Shown here one piece after another: positions 59,793-64,000 of a DNA stretch of 64,000 nucleotides. Below the pieces are notes generated by a model. The model did no database searches and was not told the DNA's origin. It worked only from the letters and a program-made list of their open reading frames with translations. The stretch's first letter is position 1. Every line of letters begins with the position of its first letter. Origin of the DNA: Candidatus Aminicenantes bacterium (GTDB lineage: Bacteria > Acidobacteriota > Aminicenantia > Aminicenantales > UBA4085); contig CAWDOL010000014.1 in the NCBI GenBank assembly GCA_963803915.1, positions 24,871 through 88,870 on the forward strand. Direction: 5' to 3'. Both the position numbers and the translations under genes were made by a program.

Positions 59793-60739
59793 GCCTCGCC
59801 TCCGGGGACGTAGAAGCTTCGGCCGTCGGCGGCCGCCCTCTTGATTAGCCCCCGGGCCTGCAGGGCGGCCAGCATTTTCAGCGCTTCCGTCAAATGGACT
59901 CCCAGCCCGATGGCCACATCCGCGGCGGTGCAGGGCCGGCGGCGGATCAGGGCCAGGATCTCGCTCTCCTCCGGCGGGCCCGGGACGGCCGAGGAAGCCG
60001 GATTCGTCTCGGCCGGGCTGATGATCTCGACGGTTCCCGGAAACAAGTCCCGCAGGCTCCGCATCTCGGCCGGAGGGACCGCGAAGGCGAAATCCTCGGC
60101 CGGCGGGCGAGAGACCGTATTCAACTGGACCCGGGCCGGGGCGATGCGACGGACCAGGCCCGCGATTTTCCCGGCTGCCGCCGGCAAGGCGGTCACACCC
60201 GCCAGCAGCATGACCTCCAGCCAGACCTCCCCCCGGAAGCTCCGGGTGAAGGCCTCCAGCCCGTCCACCATCCGGGCGAACGCGATTTCCGGGCAAGGCC
60301 GGTTGACGTATTGAAACGAGGCCTCATCGCCCGCGTCCAGCGACGGCAGAACCAGGTCGGCAGCCTCCAGCTCGGCGCGGACATCGTCCCGCCAGAGAAG
60401 CCCGCCGTTGGTCAGGACCACGGTCCGGATCGGCGTCAAGCGCTTGATCTCTTGGAGCAGCTCCCCCAGCCGGCTGAAGAGCGTGGGTTCGCCGGACCCC
60501 GCAAGGCTGATGAAATCCGGGTCAGGCCCCGCCGAGAGCTTGCGCTCCAGCTCGGCCAAGACCTCGCCGAGGGGGACGTATTCCCGCCGTTCGACCGTCT
60601 TGACGGTCGTCCTCCCCAGCTGGCAGTAAACGCAGTCGTAAGAGCAGGTTTTAAAGGGAACAAGGTCGACGCCCAGGGAACGCCCCAGGCGCCGGGAGGG
60701 AACCGGCCCGTAGACGTGCCGAAACGGAGCCGGGCTCAA
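59789..60739 (-). CDS. Radical SAM protein
   Basis: GGAGG RBS before TTG 60739; YGPVPSRRLGRSLG, CSYDCVYC, GSGEPTL, LTNG, PSLDAG, VQLNTVSRPP. Confidence 0.9.
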   Translation of the reverse strand: MSPAPFRHVYGPVPSRRLGRSLGVDLVPFKTCSYDCVYCQLGRTTVKTVERREYVPLGEVLAELERKLSAGPDPDFISLAGSGEPTLFSRLGELLQEIKRLTPIRTVVLTNGGLLWRDDVRAELEAADLVLPSLDAGDEASFQYVNRPCPEIAFARMVDGLEAFTRSFRGEVWLEVMLLAGVTALPAAAGKIAGLVRRIAPARVQLNTVSRPPAEDFAFAVPPAEMRSLRDLFPGTVEIISPAETNPASSAVPGPPEESEILALIRRRPCTAADVAIGLGVHLTEALKMLAALQARGLIKRAAADGRSFYVPGGEA

Positions 60740-60769
60740 GAGTCTCCTCCACAAGCCCGGCATTCGTAT

Positions 60770-61633
60770 TCATAGGTCAGCATGCAGGTCTCCAACCGGG
60801 GGCACGAGACCCCGGATCTTAGCGGCCAATTCCAGGAAAAGCGGCCGGTACTCGGGGCAGGCCTCGACGATCAGCCGGCCGCGGGCATAAGCCTCGGCGA
60901 TTCTCCGGTCATCCGGGATGTCCAGGAGGACGGGGATATCCTGCTCGCGGGCATAAGCGTGGACTCGATCGTCACCGATCCCGACCCTGTTGACGACCAC
61001 GCCGAACGGCAAGCCCAGCTCACGGATGGTCTCGACCGCCAGGGTCAGGTCGTGCAGACCGAAGGGAGTCGGCTCCGTGACCAGGAGGACGAAATCCGCG
61101 CCGCGGACCGCCGTGACCATGGGACAGGACGTCCCGGGAGGGGCGTCGATGATGACGGGGCTCGCGCCGTCCGGACGCGATCGAACGGCACGGATGAGAG
61201 GGGGCACCAGGACACCCCCCACGTCGAGCCGCCCCTGGATGAGGGTCACCTCCCCCGCCCGGACCGTCTCGACGACACCGATGCGCCGGCCGACTTCGCG
61301 AATGGCCCGGCGAGGGCAGACGCGCGTGCATCCTCCGCAGCCATGGCACATCTCGGGGAAGACGAGCGGGATCGTCCCGAATGAGACGATGGCGCCGTAC
61401 CGGCACATCCGGCCGCACTCGCCGCAGCCGTCGCAGAGGGATTCATCCACTTCGGGGACGGGGATCGTCACGACGTCCGTCGACCGGACCTCTCCCCCGA
61501 GAAAAAGGTTGGCGTTCGGCTCCTCGACGTCGCAGTCCAGCAGATGCACGCCCGCGCCGAAGACGCGGGCCAGGTTCACCGCCAGCGTCGTCTTGCCCGT
61601 CCCGCCCTTGCCCGAGGCGATCGCGAGGATCAA
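60770..61633 (-). CDS. MinD-like P-loop ATPase with inserted 2x[4Fe-4S] ferredoxin (ORP-cluster ATPase)
   Basis: IASGKGGTGKT, DCDVEEPN, CDGCGEC..C, CHGCGGC..CP, DAPPGTSCP, TEPTPFGLHDL. Confidence 0.9.
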   Translation of the reverse strand: MILAIASGKGGTGKTTLAVNLARVFGAGVHLLDCDVEEPNANLFLGGEVRSTDVVTIPVPEVDESLCDGCGECGRMCRYGAIVSFGTIPLVFPEMCHGCGGCTRVCPRRAIREVGRRIGVVETVRAGEVTLIQGRLDVGGVLVPPLIRAVRSRPDGASPVIIDAPPGTSCPMVTAVRGADFVLLVTEPTPFGLHDLTLAVETIRELGLPFGVVVNRVGIGDDRVHAYAREQDIPVLLDIPDDRRIAEAYARGRLIVEACPEYRPLFLELAAKIRGLVPPVGDLHADL

Positions 61634-61640
61634 GACCGGC

Positions 61641-62003
61641 TCAGGCCCAGTGGCCTTCGACGTCGGCGGCCTTGGTTTCGACCAGCCGGCCCGCTCGAAG
61701 CTCCTCGAGCGCCTCGGCGATCGTGGGGGCGACGCAAGGGTAGACTTTGACCCCGGCCGCCTGCAGGACGCGGAACGCCTTGGGGCCGCAATGGCCGGTC
61801 ACCAGGGCGGTGGCTCCCGAGCGGACCACGGCCTCGGCCGATCGAATCCCGGCGCCTTGGGCCGCGTTCATGTTCGCCTCGTTGTCGATCACCTCGAAAA
61901 CGCCGCCGTCCAGGTCGTAAACGAGCAGCTTGGCCGCCCGGCCGAAACGGCTGTCCAGGGGCGAGGCCAAAGCACTCCCCGAAGTCGTGAAGGCGGCTTT
62001 CAT
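61641..62003 (-). CDS. NifB/NifX-family (orange protein-like) cluster-binding protein
   Basis: LDSRFGRA, AAQGAGIRSA, VTGHCGPKAFRVL, ADVEGHW C-terminus. Confidence 0.9.
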   Translation of the reverse strand: MKAAFTTSGSALASPLDSRFGRAAKLLVYDLDGGVFEVIDNEANMNAAQGAGIRSAEAVVRSGATALVTGHCGPKAFRVLQAAGVKVYPCVAPTIAEALEELRAGRLVETKAADVEGHWA

Positions 62004-62386
62004 GTCACGGCTCCGGACTCCGGTGCCGAGGTCTTTTCCATCTCGGACAGCCGCTGCCGGATCGCGGACATTTCGATGTCCAGGGCTTCGAGCTGGTTTT
62101 TCAGGATCCGCTTCTCCTCGTCGGGATCCACACTCCGGATCAGCTCGTCGGGCCAGCCGGCCGGGCGCCGGCCGGGGATTTCCGAGGCCGGGAGCGAGCT
62201 CCAGCGGCCCCAGCCCGCTCCGTAACCGGGGCCCCGGCCCCAAAACCCGCGCCCTCGGCCGAAGCTCCTGCCGCGGCCCGGGAAGGCATTCGCGTAGCCG
62301 GGCCCGCCGAACCCGGCACAGATGCCGGCGGCGCGCCCGGTCATGGACCCCAAGCCGCGGGGTCCGGTTCCATCTCCTCTTGGCAT
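62000..62386 (-). CDS. DUF5320-family Gly/Arg-rich protein
   Basis: MPRGDGTGPRGLGSMTGRAAGICAG start; C-terminal coiled coil EKRILKNQLEAL..IRQRLSE. Confidence 0.85.
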   Translation of the reverse strand: MPRGDGTGPRGLGSMTGRAAGICAGFGGPGYANAFPGRGRSFGRGRGFWGRGPGYGAGWGRWSSLPASEIPGRRPAGWPDELIRSVDPDEEKRILKNQLEALDIEMSAIRQRLSEMEKTSAPESGAVT

Positions 62387-62591
62387 GATGATATCTCCTT
62401 TCGTTTATTTGTCGACAACTCCATGCATTCGCGGCGCAAAACCCCGATTTAACCGGGGTATTCTCGCCGCTCAGCATTAACCCGATACATTTCCCGAGCG
62501 GAAGCCCGCCCTCACTCGCTCCGCGAATGAGGACGGCAACCCCGTCGCCATACCTCCGGGGCGGAAGCCAAGCCCGGGGGATCGAACGGGT

Positions 62592-63167
62592 TTATTTCCT
62601 GATCATGGCCGTGCCGCACTTTGGACACGGCCGTTGCACGCACGGGATGCCCCGCTGATGCGGCTCGCTATGGCTGCATTTCGGGCACACGCACACGCCC
62701 CCGACGCCGGCTGCAAGAGCCCCGCCCCCGCGGCCTTTCCCGCCTCCCCCCGCTCCTCGACCACGACCTCCCTGTCCCCGTCCGATCATGATAGCCTCCT
62801 GACGTCCGCGGCCGGTCAGGCCTCTTCCCAGGCTCCGGCAGCCCGGCATCCGGAAAGACGGCTCCCCCAGCCGGCCGCCGAGCCAGGCTCGGAGGACGAT
62901 CCGGAGCTCGCCGGCCACGAACGGAACGATCCGAATCCCATGAGTCTCGACGATCTCCGCCAAAGCCCGGGAGATCGCCCCGCAGACGAGCGTTTCGATC
63001 CCAAGCCCGGCCAGATGGGCCGCCTTGCGAACCGGCGCTTCGGCGGGCAGCCGGGCCTCCGCCTCGGACAGAAGCCGGTCGCCCTCGGACTCGACGACGA
63101 GGATCCGCTCGGCGACGTCGAAGACCGGCGCCACACGCCCGTTCCAGTGGGCAATAGCTGTTTTCAT
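62592..63167 (-). CDS. NifB/NifX-family protein fused to Gly-rich linker and Cys-rich zinc-ribbon-like domain
   Basis: RVAPVFDVA, LVCGAISR, FRMPGC; C-terminal CVCPKC..H.RGIPC...CPKCG. Confidence 0.82.
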   Translation of the reverse strand: MKTAIAHWNGRVAPVFDVAERILVVESEGDRLLSEAEARLPAEAPVRKAAHLAGLGIETLVCGAISRALAEIVETHGIRIVPFVAGELRIVLRAWLGGRLGEPSFRMPGCRSLGRGLTGRGRQEAIMIGRGQGGRGRGAGGGGKGRGGGALAAGVGGVCVCPKCSHSEPHQRGIPCVQRPCPKCGTAMIRK

Positions 63168-63201
63168 CCGGCGCCCTTTCTCACTCATACGCACCTAACC
63201 A

Positions 63202-63219
63202 ATGCCGTATTCGTGCCAA
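63202..63219 (-). promoter_or_regulatory. Sigma54 (-24/-12) promoter of the ORP-like operon
   Basis: Minus strand TTGGCACGAATACGGCAT = GG-N10-GC with TGGCACG consensus -24 box. Confidence 0.75.
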
Positions 63220-63302
63220 GGCGGCGGATCCGAAGATCTCTTTTTATTCGTATTATAAAGAGCGTCTTACACAGGAAAGACGGAGGTGGGATAACCACGA
63301 AT

Positions 63303-63352
63303 AGTTGCAATAACGCTACTGTATATGAAAATACAGTTGCGTTGATGCTACT
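63303..63352. promoter_or_regulatory. Tandem enhancer-like sites for a sigma54 activator
   Basis: AGTTGC-N6-GCTACT at 63303-63320 and 63335-63352, 32 bp apart. Confidence 0.65.
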
Positions 63353-64000
63353 CTTTTCGCCTTCGCGTCGAGCGCCCGTCCCGGCTGGACGCGGAAAGGC
63401 CCAGCCGCTTCAGGCGGCGAAACAGCGTCGTCCTGTGGATTCCGAGGTCCCTCGCCGCCGCCGCGCGGTTGAAGCCGTTGCGCTCGAGGGCGGTCCGGAT
63501 GGCTTGGGCGTCGAGCTGATCGTGAGCCGAGCGGATGGCGGAGGCCGCCCGGGGCAGGCCGGACGCGGTCAGCTCTTCGGGCAGGTGCTCGAGCCCGATG
63601 GCCCCCTCGCCGCGGAGGATGAAGGCCCGCTCGATGACGTTCTCCAGCTCGCGGATGTTTCCGGGCCATTCCTGGGCCAGCAGAAGCGACAGGGCTTCCG
63701 GGGCCAGGCCCGTCACGGCCTTGGCCTGCAGGCGGTTGAACCGCTCGATGAACTGCCGGACGAGCAGCGGGATGTCCTCCTTCCGGCGGCGGAGAGGAGG
63801 AAGCTCGAGGCGGATCACGTTCAGGCGGTAATAAAGGTCGTCCCGGAATTCCCCCCGGCGCATCAGCTCGGCCAGGTCCCGGTGGGTGGCGGCGATGATC
63901 CGGACGTCGGCCTTCTCGGAACGGGTCGAGCCCAAGGGCTCGTAAATCCGGTCCTGCAGGACGCGCAACAGGCGGACCTGCAGCGCCGGGCTGACGTCCC
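63348..64000 (-). CDS. Sigma54-dependent (AAA+/Fis-HTH) transcriptional activator, OrpR-like; 5' part outside window
   Basis: SPALQVRLLRVLQ, DVRIIAATHRDL, FRDDLYYRLNV, WPGNIRELENVIER, C-terminal HTH AARDLGIHRTTLFRRL. Confidence 0.93.
   Translation of the reverse strand, partial: DVSPALQVRLLRVLQDRIYEPLGSTRSEKADVRIIAATHRDLAELMRRGEFRDDLYYRLNVIRLELPPLRRRKEDIPLLVRQFIERFNRLQAKAVTGLAPEALSLLLAQEWPGNIRELENVIERAFILRGEGAIGLEHLPEELTASGLPRAASAIRSAHDQLDAQAIRTALERNGFNRAAAARDLGIHRTTLFRRLKRLGLSASSRDGRSTRRRKE

Noticed and set aside
61641-63167. Nitrogen fixation genes
   Set aside because: NifB/NifX-family domains here sit in an ORP-type context; no nifHDK, and the P-loop ATPases are MinD-like with ferredoxin inserts, not NifH

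Overview
High-GC bacterial chromosomal window with no CRISPR array, rRNA, transposase or integrase detected. The gene mix (PadR/ADOP-type permease pairs, several 6-bladed beta-propeller proteins, DUF4097 proteins, secreted glycoside hydrolases and peptidases, an orange-protein-type cluster) suggests an anaerobic diderm heterotroph such as Aminicenantes/Acidobacteriota; this is inference, not a database result. Contents: two PadR + duplicated MacB/FtsX permease modules; VapBC and HigBA toxin-antitoxin pairs plus an orphan degenerate nucleotidyltransferase; GH29, GH116 and GH38-like hydrolases; M3, M14, M23 and M24 peptidases; two ECF sigma/anti-sigma/DUF4097 operons; two HisKA_2 kinases without response regulators; tRNA-Ala(CGC); purM; yvcK; acyl-CoA ligase; a TonB-dependent receptor; and a sigma54-controlled ORP-like (NifB/NifX, Fe-S ATPase) operon. 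The best candidate for a little-studied system is a two-gene operon at 29242-31750 encoding a pentaheme cytochrome c and a Cyc2-like monoheme cytochrome-porin fusion. Nine genes between 2.3 and 42 kb carry single-base frameshifts that are most likely sequencing or assembly errors, so several supplied ORFs are fragments of longer genes.
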